Origin: a virus
Strand: one strand, 5' to 3'
Length of the DNA stretch: 64,000 bases
IMG/VR virus record: IMGVR_UViG_3300028883_000005
Coordinates: 1-64,000 of that record
Shown here: one piece after another, positions 53,077-62,002 of the stretch
How the letters are laid out: each line of letters begins with the position of its first letter
Numbering within the stretch: position 1 is the first letter of the stretch
Made by a program: the position numbers and the translations under genes
Notes under the pieces: generated by a model
Database searches by the model: none
Seen by the model: only the letters and a program-made list of their open reading frames with translations
Told to the model about the DNA's origin: nothing

Positions 53077-54326
53077 CCTTTAGATTCTTCAAATAAAGGT
53101 TTATACTCTTTAAGGTACAACCTATCCCAATTATACTTTTGACGAATGAAAGATTTAGATCTGATAGATTTATCCGTGAGCATCTGAGAAACAACATCTC
53201 TAGCTATCGCAGGATAGTACTCGTCTCCCATTGTATTGTCATAGTTTCGATTAAACGACCCAAAATCAAAAAATAAAGCGTTTCCTCCAGATATCTCTTC
53301 GAGCATCTGTAAAGATTTATTTAATACTAAAAGAACACCTCCTGACAGGCAAGCTTCTGGGAGTACCAATCCAAAAGTCTCTTCCCTAGTTAGAAATACA
53401 AATAAATTACTTAGAGAGAATAACTCTCTAACCATACGTTTAGGTATGCCTATTTCATATTTTGGAGGGTCAAAATCTGAGGTAAAAACAACTTCTTCAT
53501 TTGGTATCAGACCTCTGCATTTAGCTTCCCATTTAAACTTTTTTATATCTTCTTTCCTAGTGAGAACCGTGGCCCATTGATTTGCAACCACTAAACAAAC
53601 AGATAAACCTAGAGACTTAATAGCCCCGAATATCTGCAGAGTCTCTGATAGTCTCTTTGCGGATAATCTATCGCAAGAAGCGGGGTATATTTGAACAACA
53701 TCCGATTGCATTACTTTAGGATAGGCAGATATAAACTTTCTGGTGGGATCGCTAAAGTCAAACCATGTTCTAGGGTCTTTTATATGATGTATACATCTAG
53801 TATCATCAAAAGTACCTCTATATTGTTTAGCTACATGGTTTCTATCGGTATTGTTAGGATATACAATTTTATGATTAGGTCTTAAAATTGAGATTAAATG
53901 CCAATCTAAGTTTCTAGAGGGGATACTATGCACCCAATGAAGCCATCTGGTAGAGGGTAGATTAGCAGATGCTTTTCTTACCCCTAAACAATAAGGTAAG
54001 AACCATCCTTGAAACATTAAATCATGAGTTATAACAATATCTATTTCATTTTCTTTGATAAAAGATTCTAAAACAACACCTGTTTTAATTGCTTCCTTTT
54101 GGTGCTCTTCTGTGATTTGTGAACAGCTGGAGTAATCTCTTAGATGGAAAAAAGGAAGGATTTTATGCGAGTCTATATCCTCACCGTGGTAGTTCTCATT
54201 TACTACGAGAAACACTTCGTGACCATAAGAGGATAACATTTCTATTTGATCGGAAACAATGCCTGTTAAGGAATTACCAGGATTAAACTCCATGAAATTT
54301 GTTAAGATTGCTATTTTTTCTTTCAT
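53064..54326 (-). CDS. GT4-like glycosyltransferase
   Basis: Start moved to MKEKIAIL (54326); ITHD, HWVHS, LFVF..REETFGLVLPEA. Confidence 0.85.
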   Translation of the reverse strand: MKEKIAILTNFMEFNPGNSLTGIVSDQIEMLSSYGHEVFLVVNENYHGEDIDSHKILPFFHLRDYSSCSQITEEHQKEAIKTGVVLESFIKENEIDIVITHDLMFQGWFLPYCLGVRKASANLPSTRWLHWVHSIPSRNLDWHLISILRPNHKIVYPNNTDRNHVAKQYRGTFDDTRCIHHIKDPRTWFDFSDPTRKFISAYPKVMQSDVVQIYPASCDRLSAKRLSETLQIFGAIKSLGLSVCLVVANQWATVLTRKEDIKKFKWEAKCRGLIPNEEVVFTSDFDPPKYEIGIPKRMVRELFSLSNLFVFLTREETFGLVLPEACLSGGVLLVLNKSLQMLEEISGGNALFFDFGSFNRNYDNTMGDEYYPAIARDVVSQMLTDKSIRSKSFIRQKYNWDRLYLKEYKPLFEESKGWVE

Positions 54327-54377
54327 AAGGCCCTCAAGGCTAATGATTGTTTTAGCAGTTTGCTTAGAGCCCTTTTT

Positions 54378-54437
54378 AAGACGGGCTCTAAGCATGAATT
54401 CTGCACGATCTTTTTGCTACTAATGCACTTGTATGCA
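54378..54437. repeat. Dispersed ~60-bp element, copy 5
   Basis: Same consensus; preceded by an inverted copy of its first arm (TGCTTAGAGCCC, 54361-54372) that forms a 12-bp hairpin. Confidence 0.92.
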
Positions 54438-54443
54438 GCTAAA

Positions 54444-54668
54444 TTATACCTCTTTGTTCAAGAAAGGCTCCGAAGCTTTCCTGCGTCTAACTTCAGAGAT
54501 GGCTAGCTGCATCTCTTCACTTTCAATGAGAGAAGGAAGATCCTCAATCTTCACTTCGATGCCGTCACCCAAAAAGTAAGAGATCAAATCGGCTGTAGCG
54601 ATCAAAGCACCAGCTACTGCCAACGATGCCTCCGCCCCCAACTCTATTTTTTCCGCTACACTCGTCAT
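54444..54668 (-). CDS. Small hypothetical protein (lysis region)
   Basis: GGAGG RBS before MTSVAEK. Confidence 0.55.
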   Translation of the reverse strand: MTSVAEKIELGAEASLAVAGALIATADLISYFLGDGIEVKIEDLPSLIESEEMQLAISEVRRRKASEPFLNKEV

Positions 54669-54691
54669 TTTGTCACCTCCCGTTAAAGAGT

Positions 54692-55357
54692 TTATTTGGT
54701 GGTGATGATAATAGTCATCGCTTTTTGAATCAATTTGTTTCTCATCATCCTCCATTCTTCAGAACTTGCTCCGGCGGCTACAGCGTCCGTGGTGTCGATG
54801 GCAAGCTTCCAGTCTTTCAAGATAACACTTGCATCATCTAGAATTTTATTTACTTCGGTTACCCACTTGATTACTGTAGGATCGTTATAGGTAGCTTCCG
54901 GTAAAATCTCTAGCTGCTCTGCTACCCTGTTGTTAGCTTCCTTAAGAAAAGCAGTAGCTTCCAGATAAACCCCTTTGTTCACATCTAAAGCAGTACCACC
55001 CTGCTCCGCAATCTGCTGTGGAATGGTTTTATTAACACCACTACAACTTATAAAAAGCAGAGGTGCTGCAATAAATACAACAATACACAAGGCATGTACA
55101 AGATAAATAAGAGATATCGAAGAGGATCCTTCTTGAGATTTTTTATATAGCTCTTTTCCTTTAGACCACGCAGCCGCCACCCCTGCTATCAAAATACCAA
55201 AATTTGATAGGAACTGGGTTGCTGAATCTATCAGCGTTTTTTGGTCCTCTTCACTAACCTCGATGTTGAGAGCTTTTAAGAGCAGAGACACTACTGCCAA
55301 TAGAACAATCCCCACCCTTCCCTGAGCCAAGCTTTTAAGTAAACTATCGGTTTTCAT
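54692..55357 (-). CDS. Holin-like membrane protein with internal lipobox-like motif
   Basis: Two N-terminal TM segments, a third TM ending LLFISC-SG, then a helical domain; AAGGAGG RBS. Confidence 0.55.
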   Translation of the reverse strand: MKTDSLLKSLAQGRVGIVLLAVVSLLLKALNIEVSEEDQKTLIDSATQFLSNFGILIAGVAAAWSKGKELYKKSQEGSSSISLIYLVHALCIVVFIAAPLLFISCSGVNKTIPQQIAEQGGTALDVNKGVYLEATAFLKEANNRVAEQLEILPEATYNDPTVIKWVTEVNKILDDASVILKDWKLAIDTTDAVAAGASSEEWRMMRNKLIQKAMTIIITTK

Positions 55358-55367
55358 AGCTCCTCCT

Positions 55368-55856
55368 TTACGCCGGGGATAACCCGGGAATTTTGATTTT
55401 ATGCGGAGCGGTCAACAGCTTCCGCGCATTCTTTGGATCAGCCCATGATTTGGTTCGGTCGAGAACAAAGCGATAGGTGTGTGCTCTGCATTCCCACGCC
55501 CCGTCGTCTATCATAAGCCGTTCAATGACTTTGTTCGATGCGAACCGGCACCCCATGGGGATATAGCCACCGCGCATTAACGCTGCCAGCGCATCATGGG
55601 CATGCCCCCCCCGCCCATTGGTGTTCGTATCAATCGTCGGGCCGCTGCAGCCGTCCCATGCAAAGTATTTTCCGACCCACATCCAGCTGTCTGTGCGCAA
55701 AATGATCAGTTCTGTAACAATGGTTTTAGGCGGGAAAATGCCTGTGAAGTACACCATGTCGTTGCGTGATTGGTACTTGAAGCCATCGACGTAGAACAGC
55801 TGCGGGGTTTCAACCATGTCGGTGCTGGCCGCCGAAATAAAGTCGTTCCGTTTCAT
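55368..55856 (-). CDS. DUF1353-like protein
   Basis: FAWDGCSGP...HAHDAL; typical of lysis neighbourhoods. Confidence 0.6.
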   Translation of the reverse strand: MKRNDFISAASTDMVETPQLFYVDGFKYQSRNDMVYFTGIFPPKTIVTELIILRTDSWMWVGKYFAWDGCSGPTIDTNTNGRGGHAHDALAALMRGGYIPMGCRFASNKVIERLMIDDGAWECRAHTYRFVLDRTKSWADPKNARKLLTAPHKIKIPGLSPA

Positions 55857-55871
55857 GACTCGAATTCCTTT

Positions 55872-56270
55872 TTATCTTACTATCTCGAAATGACCGTAAT
55901 CACGCAGTTTGCCGACCTCGTTTTTGAAATTCCAATCGCCATCCCAATCACCCCCCCAGCGCAAGCGGAAGTTGTAGCATTTGGCTATTCCACGCAACAC
56001 GCCGCCCAGTGCTATGAAGCGATCGATATCTTTCCAGTCAACGGGGTAGGGCGCCACGTCGATGGCATCCGACGGCCATTTATTGTGCTTCGATTGTCCG
56101 GCCTTGGCCCTGCTTTTACCTTCTGAATAGAGCTGGTCCTGGATGATGTTGTTGCGATACCCGCAAATCACGGTGAAATCGATCAGATCGATGGCCAAAT
56201 GGGTGAGGGTAATAATTTCTCCGCAGCAAGTCGAAATTTTGTCTTTTGATGCACGGCTCAGAATAGGCAT
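55872..56270 (-). CDS. Endolysin, M15 family (L-Ala-D-Glu peptidase-like)
   Basis: GYR...QDQLY, SKHN...AIDV, WGGDW, DYGHFE; GGAGG RBS before ATG 56270. Confidence 0.9.
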   Translation of the reverse strand: MPILSRASKDKISTCCGEIITLTHLAIDLIDFTVICGYRNNIIQDQLYSEGKSRAKAGQSKHNKWPSDAIDVAPYPVDWKDIDRFIALGGVLRGIAKCYNFRLRWGGDWDGDWNFKNEVGKLRDYGHFEIVR

Positions 56271-56292
56271 ATCTGCACCTCCATGGCGGCCT

Positions 56293-56610
56293 TCATTTTC
56301 CGAATATGTGTTCGATTCCTTTCCTAAACACGAACACAACACCACCCGCTAACGACAGACAAATAAAAGTAACGATCACGAGGCCTATCTTTTCGCCGCG
56401 CTTTTTGTACCTCGAAAGAAACTTAAGGTCCTCTCGTATAACCTCCACTCCGGCTGAATGTGACCCGTTGCCAACATCGCGGACCATCCCCATGAAATGC
56501 CCCATTTCAAGCTGTGCATCATGTGTGAGCCCGCACATGCAACTTTCTCTCATCTCTTCTTTAATAGCAGCTTTAACAACTCTTTTGAGATCTTCCTCAG
56601 TGATATTCAT
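56293..56610 (-). CDS. Membrane protein with C-terminal TM (holin-like)
   Basis: IGLVIVTFICLSLAGGVVFVF, directly upstream of the endolysin. Confidence 0.55.
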   Translation of the reverse strand: MNITEEDLKRVVKAAIKEEMRESCMCGLTHDAQLEMGHFMGMVRDVGNGSHSAGVEVIREDLKFLSRYKKRGEKIGLVIVTFICLSLAGGVVFVFRKGIEHIFGK

Positions 56611-56647
56611 TATCGCTCCCGCCTGCACTCCATGACCAGCCTAGTTA

Positions 56648-57835
56648 TTAATCTCCACCTGTGCGGATACCTAACCCACTAACGCCGGTAATGACCGTTG
56701 ATTCTGTATATGTGACCGTGATTTGGTCCGTTCCTGTGTTGGAGGATGAGTCCGTGGCTGTTACTGTTATTGCGTTTTCGCCGTCAGATAAAACTATATC
56801 CGATATAGTCCAAGAAGTCGTTCCAGAGGCAGACCCAGAGGTCGGTTCGCACGTTGGACAAGCCCATGTTACCGATGAAACCGATACGTTATCAGAAGAT
56901 GTTCCACCTAAACTAACAGTGCTATCATACCCATTGTCGTAGGTTGCGCTTGAGGTTGGAGACGTTATTGTTACTATCGGGTCTGTTGTGTCTTCACCTT
57001 CTGACCGAGCACCTATAGGGCTTGTGCTAACAACAACATCATCAAAATAAAATGATGTAACTGTGCTGGAAGACGGATTCATGTACCGCCAACCGGATAT
57101 TCTAATGTCGCTGAGTTCGGCCGTAAACCCAGGTATGTTCTGGTCGATCATTACTGCATTTTCGTTGATCCATATAGAAAAGAGGTTATTTTGGTTATCC
57201 AGCATAAACTCAACCAACACCCACTCCTCGGTATGCTCAGTCCAGTCAAATGCAGTCCTGCCGCCATTTACGGAATATCGGTAATCCCCTCCGTTGGTGG
57301 CCACAGCAAGGTACTTTCCTCCGTCGCACCCTGAGTAGTTGTATTGGCAATTGATGAAATCTATAATTCCACCAGCCGCGAAATATGAATTTAAAAATAT
57401 AAGATGGGTAGATGTCCACTCTGTCCCCGGTACAACATAAAGATAAAACCTTAGATATATTTTATTGTGTGCAGATCCAAGGCTGTAAAGTATGTCGCAT
57501 CCCGGCCCCTCCGTTCCAACACCATAGCTTGTACATTTAAGCGAGCTTGTCCCAGAATTTTTTATACTTGTCTGTATTTCATTAAGCGATGACATAGCGG
57601 TATCATTTGGTGTAAATCCATGCCAAGGCGAACACCGCGAATCGGAAGAACAGGCACCGTCGTCTGGGCGGGCACAACTTGAACACCTCGGGTAAGGCCA
57701 ATCTTCTGCCGGTGGTGAATCCTGATCCCAATCCTCACAAAGCAGCCACCCCGTACCTCCCTCGGAGCAATTGTCATACGCCCAAAGATTGGAGCATAAA
57801 AGAAGTACTGCTAAAATAATGATAAACTTTTTCAT
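56648..57835 (-). CDS. Signal-peptide protein with lectin/polysaccharide-lyase-like beta-sandwich and Ig-like domain
   Basis: MKKFIIILAVLLLCSNLWA; KIYLRFY, W..VEF, YFDDVVVST; DTTDP.VTITSP...G.N.ITVTATD. Confidence 0.7.
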   Translation of the reverse strand: MKKFIIILAVLLLCSNLWAYDNCSEGGTGWLLCEDWDQDSPPAEDWPYPRCSSCARPDDGACSSDSRCSPWHGFTPNDTAMSSLNEIQTSIKNSGTSSLKCTSYGVGTEGPGCDILYSLGSAHNKIYLRFYLYVVPGTEWTSTHLIFLNSYFAAGGIIDFINCQYNYSGCDGGKYLAVATNGGDYRYSVNGGRTAFDWTEHTEEWVLVEFMLDNQNNLFSIWINENAVMIDQNIPGFTAELSDIRISGWRYMNPSSSTVTSFYFDDVVVSTSPIGARSEGEDTTDPIVTITSPTSSATYDNGYDSTVSLGGTSSDNVSVSSVTWACPTCEPTSGSASGTTSWTISDIVLSDGENAITVTATDSSSNTGTDQITVTYTESTVITGVSGLGIRTGGD

Positions 57836-58497
57836 CAGTTCATCTCCGCTATTACAGATATATTGTACCCAGAGGAAACTTCTGTTGCCGAAGATGGATC
57901 AAAATTGGACAGAGTGGCACCGCCACTCATTGCTATGTACCAGTAATTACCTCCGCTTGTCCATCCACTCGAATGAATATCAAAGTCTGTGTCAGAGCCG
58001 TCAACAACACAGCCGATGGCATAATTCTTAGCTGATTCCAGGCACACCGTATCGTCTAAGGTAACAACAATAGCTTGACCCTGTGTATTGTTTCCCTCTC
58101 CTGTATTTGGGCCGTCTGCTAGCAGGGTGGCAGTTGAGGCGTTTTCGATTTCCCAAATACCGCAATTGATATAATTCCCAGAATCAAGCATGCGCATGTT
58201 TACGGTTATTTGGTTAACAGTACCATCAGAAGATGTGTCCGTTGTGTAAACGTCAAAAATCAATACATCTTCTGAGTCAACCTGCCTATTGCCATCTGTT
58301 GTATTTAATCCAAGACCGGCAGATACACCACCAGCGCAGGATGGCGCACCACTCGCCACCGATTGGCCTTCCCGCGTGTCAGTAGCATTTTGGCCTTCCC
58401 ATGTATCTGTCCCAGATTGGCCTTCAAACGTATCTACATCGGCAAAAACGAATGCGGCAAAAAGGAGTATTAATAATATAGTTAGTAATTTTTTCAT
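57835..58497 (-). CDS. Signal-peptide beta-rich protein
   Basis: MKKLLTILLILLFAAFVFA; DTxEGQ x3 repeat. Confidence 0.7.
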   Translation of the reverse strand: MKKLLTILLILLFAAFVFADVDTFEGQSGTDTWEGQNATDTREGQSVASGAPSCAGGVSAGLGLNTTDGNRQVDSEDVLIFDVYTTDTSSDGTVNQITVNMRMLDSGNYINCGIWEIENASTATLLADGPNTGEGNNTQGQAIVVTLDDTVCLESAKNYAIGCVVDGSDTDFDIHSSGWTSGGNYWYIAMSGGATLSNFDPSSATEVSSGYNISVIAEMN

Positions 58498-61352
58498 TAC
58501 TCAACCTCTTGATATGGCCGTGAGAAGTCAAAGTATATTTCGGAATCAGACAAGGCCCATCCAATTATTTGAACAGCAGAGTTGGATGTAGACGGGGCTG
58601 TCTGGGTTAGGCCTCCTGCTGTTTCTGAAAGATAAACAAAACCACCTGGAGTAAGCCCTGTCCATCCTTCATTTCTCACAACACCTTTAACGAGAATCTT
58701 TGCTTCATTCCCGTCTGTACAGGCAGCCACAGATAGTCCAAATGCAGGAAATTCTCCTGCTGCATCAGCATCTGCCTGATGCCAAGGATCTGCATCATTT
58801 TGTATCGAAACTAAATCCCACTGTGTGAGGTTCTCACCGCAGTTTCTGCCGGTGATAGTAATGCCATTGAATTCATCATCATCCATTCCATCGGCATCCG
58901 CCATTATTTCCACATCTGAATCATCATCTAGTGTAACCCCTTTCACCGCTAAAGTGATAGCTGCTGATTCTGATCCAGAGTTAGCTACGGTAACATCACT
59001 ATTACCAGAATCTGCTATAGTAGCTACATAGTTACCAGTAGTATCTGTTCCCATTGCTACGGCATTTGCCGAAATGCTACCATCCGACTCTAAATCGGCA
59101 GCATCCTCCCACTCAATACTCGCATCTGTATCGTCTAGATTAGCTGAGGCAAGACCAACGGCCGCAGCAGTTGGTGCTCCATTATCTCCTAGATAGGTTA
59201 TATTATCCCAGTTAATATGTTCGTTATCTATAGAATCAGTATTATAATTATCTGAATCTATAACATCGGCACCATTGAAATCTGTAAATGCCGTTGTTCC
59301 GTCGAGTATATTTGAAAACTGAGTTTGAATGTTACCAGTAAGATTATCTAAATAACCTATCTCTGTTGCTGTTATAGCGGAAGCGGAAGGTTCTCCATCG
59401 GCATCTGAAACAATAGCTCTGCTTCCTGTTACAGTTACACCCTCAATTGTACCATCACCTGTCCAAACTCCCCACTGATGGTTAGAAGGGGTTCCTACTT
59501 TGGATACATCGCCTCCTCCCATTCCTCCTACATAATCTATAACTGCGGCACAAGTTGGGATGGTAGTATCATTATCGTTGCTTCCTATTCCTTCAGATTC
59601 GATAACCAGCGCGGCGGCTGCGATGTCTCCTATTACAATGTCGCCTACTTGAACAGCGGAGCCACCAACGTAAATAGATTTAGTTGTTTCCCACCTATCA
59701 TCAGATTCATCAAAACGTAGTATTTCTGTTCTGGTTCCTCCTTGAATAGTGGTTATCCAAAAATCCGCATCTTCTGAGTCTTCTGTTGTGGTTTCAAAAT
59801 TACCATAGATCCTGAAAGTTTCTTTATCAGCATCCTCAGACCCCTCCCCATCGCTATCTAATAAAGAAATAAAAGGGTCAGATGCTGCGTTAAATCCCTC
59901 TACTAGGGATTGAGCTATTAAATTATCATCCGTATCGTCTCCGTTTAAGCGGTCAGGGTCTATATCATTAGAATCTGAATCCTCTTTATTACCAAGAGCT
60001 GTAGCTACAGCACCGGAACTAGGCACAGTGCTCGCTGTGCCTCCATCTGAAAGATCAGTATCTACAGGAAGTCTAGCATACTCCAAAGTACCTGAAGAGA
60101 AAAAAGCTGTGGCAGAATCTCCAGCATTAGCTGTGGTGGCGGTGGTTGCTAAATCTACCGTGATGTCGTTTGGAACTTGACTATCGGTTACAGCACCCTG
60201 GAGATTAGATAAAGTTAAAACACCTTCTAAAGCAGTTTGGAATCCTGCTATTGCTGCCATTGCAGCATAGTCCGCAGCGGTCACCAGAGACAGTCCATTT
60301 GCACTAACCACATTTTCTGCAGATAGACCAGCCTCGATCTCGCTTGTCAAATAGGAAGCATCTGTAGGAGCTCCTGAAGTACTCGGCCATGAGTCGTCTA
60401 TGGCTTTAAAAAGCTCGTCTATGGTGTCATCGTCTGCATCTCCGTAGTTATTATAGGTATTTCCTGCGGACAGGTCCGTAAAGGCAGTGTCTCCTATAGC
60501 TGCTCCTACTCCTATAGAAGTTACACCTGTTTGTAAAATGCTAATAGCACCTGAGATTTGAACTGCTTCTATTCTGCTATCACCAACGCCGTCGTAAATG
60601 AGCATTTGGGCATTGTTCATTCCTGTGATTTCAGCAGTTACACCATCTAAAGTAGTATCGCTACCACCAGCCCCCTCCACTGCTGTCTCTAAAGCTTGCA
60701 GAGCTGCTTTGATGGTTACATTGTCATTGATTGTGGTTCCGGTGAACTCTCCGAGGTGTTGCGCTCCATCAGCAACACCAGAAAGTGTAATAAGATCATC
60801 AACAGACATGGCTGCCTGGACGGCTGAAGCATCTGCCATACCTAATAAATTTGAAGCATAGGCTCCTAGAGAAAGGGAACTCTCAAGGCTTGCGGCAGAG
60901 TTAATACCTAATGTAGCTAGCATTGTAGCAGCATTGGCATCGTCCAATAAAGTTTCTGCAAAGGCAGATATACTGGTATTGTCAAGCATTGCGAGCGTGA
61001 TAGATCCGGCCTCAACACCGTCAGGAAGGCCGTCGAAATCAGGATCATGCTGAGCCAAGTAATCTCGTATATCGTCCTTAGAATAGGAATGAGTCTCGTC
61101 ACCATTTCCACCGTCAGCTATTGTAGCGTCCACAACCTCGGTAGTTCCCGTTCCGCAAAGACCAGGTTCTATCGTTTTTGTGGCCCAGTTAATAACCCAA
61201 CAATAACCATCCTCACCTGCTATTGGAGTCTGGAAGGTGAATCCCTTTACTGGGTTTGGAGAGGTGCCTTGCATTGCACCACAAAATGCAGTGGTGGGTA
61301 TTAGAATAAATAATAGAATAAATAATAGAAAAACTATCCAGAGTCTTTTCAT
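58497..61352 (-). CDS. Large acidic fibre-like protein with N-terminal signal peptide
   Basis: MKRLWIVFLLFILLFILIP...; Asp/Ala/Thr-rich fibre repeats; C-terminal GLTPG..VYLSETAGGLT.TAP...Q.IG.A domain common in phage structural proteins. Confidence 0.7.
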   Translation of the reverse strand: MKRLWIVFLLFILLFILIPTTAFCGAMQGTSPNPVKGFTFQTPIAGEDGYCWVINWATKTIEPGLCGTGTTEVVDATIADGGNGDETHSYSKDDIRDYLAQHDPDFDGLPDGVEAGSITLAMLDNTSISAFAETLLDDANAATMLATLGINSAASLESSLSLGAYASNLLGMADASAVQAAMSVDDLITLSGVADGAQHLGEFTGTTINDNVTIKAALQALETAVEGAGGSDTTLDGVTAEITGMNNAQMLIYDGVGDSRIEAVQISGAISILQTGVTSIGVGAAIGDTAFTDLSAGNTYNNYGDADDDTIDELFKAIDDSWPSTSGAPTDASYLTSEIEAGLSAENVVSANGLSLVTAADYAAMAAIAGFQTALEGVLTLSNLQGAVTDSQVPNDITVDLATTATTANAGDSATAFFSSGTLEYARLPVDTDLSDGGTASTVPSSGAVATALGNKEDSDSNDIDPDRLNGDDTDDNLIAQSLVEGFNAASDPFISLLDSDGEGSEDADKETFRIYGNFETTTEDSEDADFWITTIQGGTRTEILRFDESDDRWETTKSIYVGGSAVQVGDIVIGDIAAAALVIESEGIGSNDNDTTIPTCAAVIDYVGGMGGGDVSKVGTPSNHQWGVWTGDGTIEGVTVTGSRAIVSDADGEPSASAITATEIGYLDNLTGNIQTQFSNILDGTTAFTDFNGADVIDSDNYNTDSIDNEHINWDNITYLGDNGAPTAAAVGLASANLDDTDASIEWEDAADLESDGSISANAVAMGTDTTGNYVATIADSGNSDVTVANSGSESAAITLAVKGVTLDDDSDVEIMADADGMDDDEFNGITITGRNCGENLTQWDLVSIQNDADPWHQADADAAGEFPAFGLSVAACTDGNEAKILVKGVVRNEGWTGLTPGGFVYLSETAGGLTQTAPSTSNSAVQIIGWALSDSEIYFDFSRPYQEVE

Positions 61353-61361
61353 TTTTTCCAC

Positions 61362-61760
61362 CTAGTCCATATATATAATTTCTAAGGTGTCGCTGGCGGA
61401 ATCCGCGATAGCATAAAATATTGTTTTTCCTGGATATGCTACTATCGCTAAACTCATATTGAAATCCACCAACATATACGCGCTGGGATTGGATTGTGTA
61501 GCCAAGCGCCAAGAATTCCCTGACCTAGTTTTTATGTAGATAGACTTACAATAGACTTCAGGAGGTAATGTGATTGCTACATATGAAGCTGAGGTTATAG
61601 AAACATTTTGAACTCTGATTACAGAGCTAACTGCTTGGATCGCACTACCTTGAACATCTCTAGGTAGTGGTTTAGATGTTGCACCATAAATAACTAATGG
61701 TGCCGCAAAAGTAACAAACAACAACAATACCAAAATCAAAAGTTTTTTAAGGGTAATCAT
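61362..61760 (-). CDS. Signal-peptide beta-sandwich protein
   Basis: AAGGAGG RBS; MITLKKLLILVLLLFVTFAAP. Confidence 0.65.
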   Translation of the reverse strand: MITLKKLLILVLLLFVTFAAPLVIYGATSKPLPRDVQGSAIQAVSSVIRVQNVSITSASYVAITLPPEVYCKSIYIKTRSGNSWRLATQSNPSAYMLVDFNMSLAIVAYPGKTIFYAIADSASDTLEIIYMD

Positions 61761-61825
61761 TTTACACCTCCTTATACCATACATAGTATATCCGCCTTGC
61801 TTTTTCAACAATAAAGTTTTAAAAT

Positions 61826-62002
61826 CTACTTCTCAGATAAAGCTTTTTGGAGTTTTTTAATTTCCTCTCTGAGAACTCGATTTTCAGACTCCAGAGTAGA
61901 CACCGCCTCGGTTGCCATCGCGAGCTCCCTGGCGTATCTCCCTAGCCATTGATCGTATTTAGAAATATCCACATACTGAACAGGTGATTTATTTTCGGGC
62001 AT
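61826..62002 (-). CDS. Small coiled-coil protein (58 aa)
   Basis: Starts inside the 3' end of the tail-fibre gene; not in ORF track. Confidence 0.55.
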   Translation of the reverse strand: MPENKSPVQYVDISKYDQWLGRYARELAMATEAVSTLESENRVLREEIKKLQKALSEK

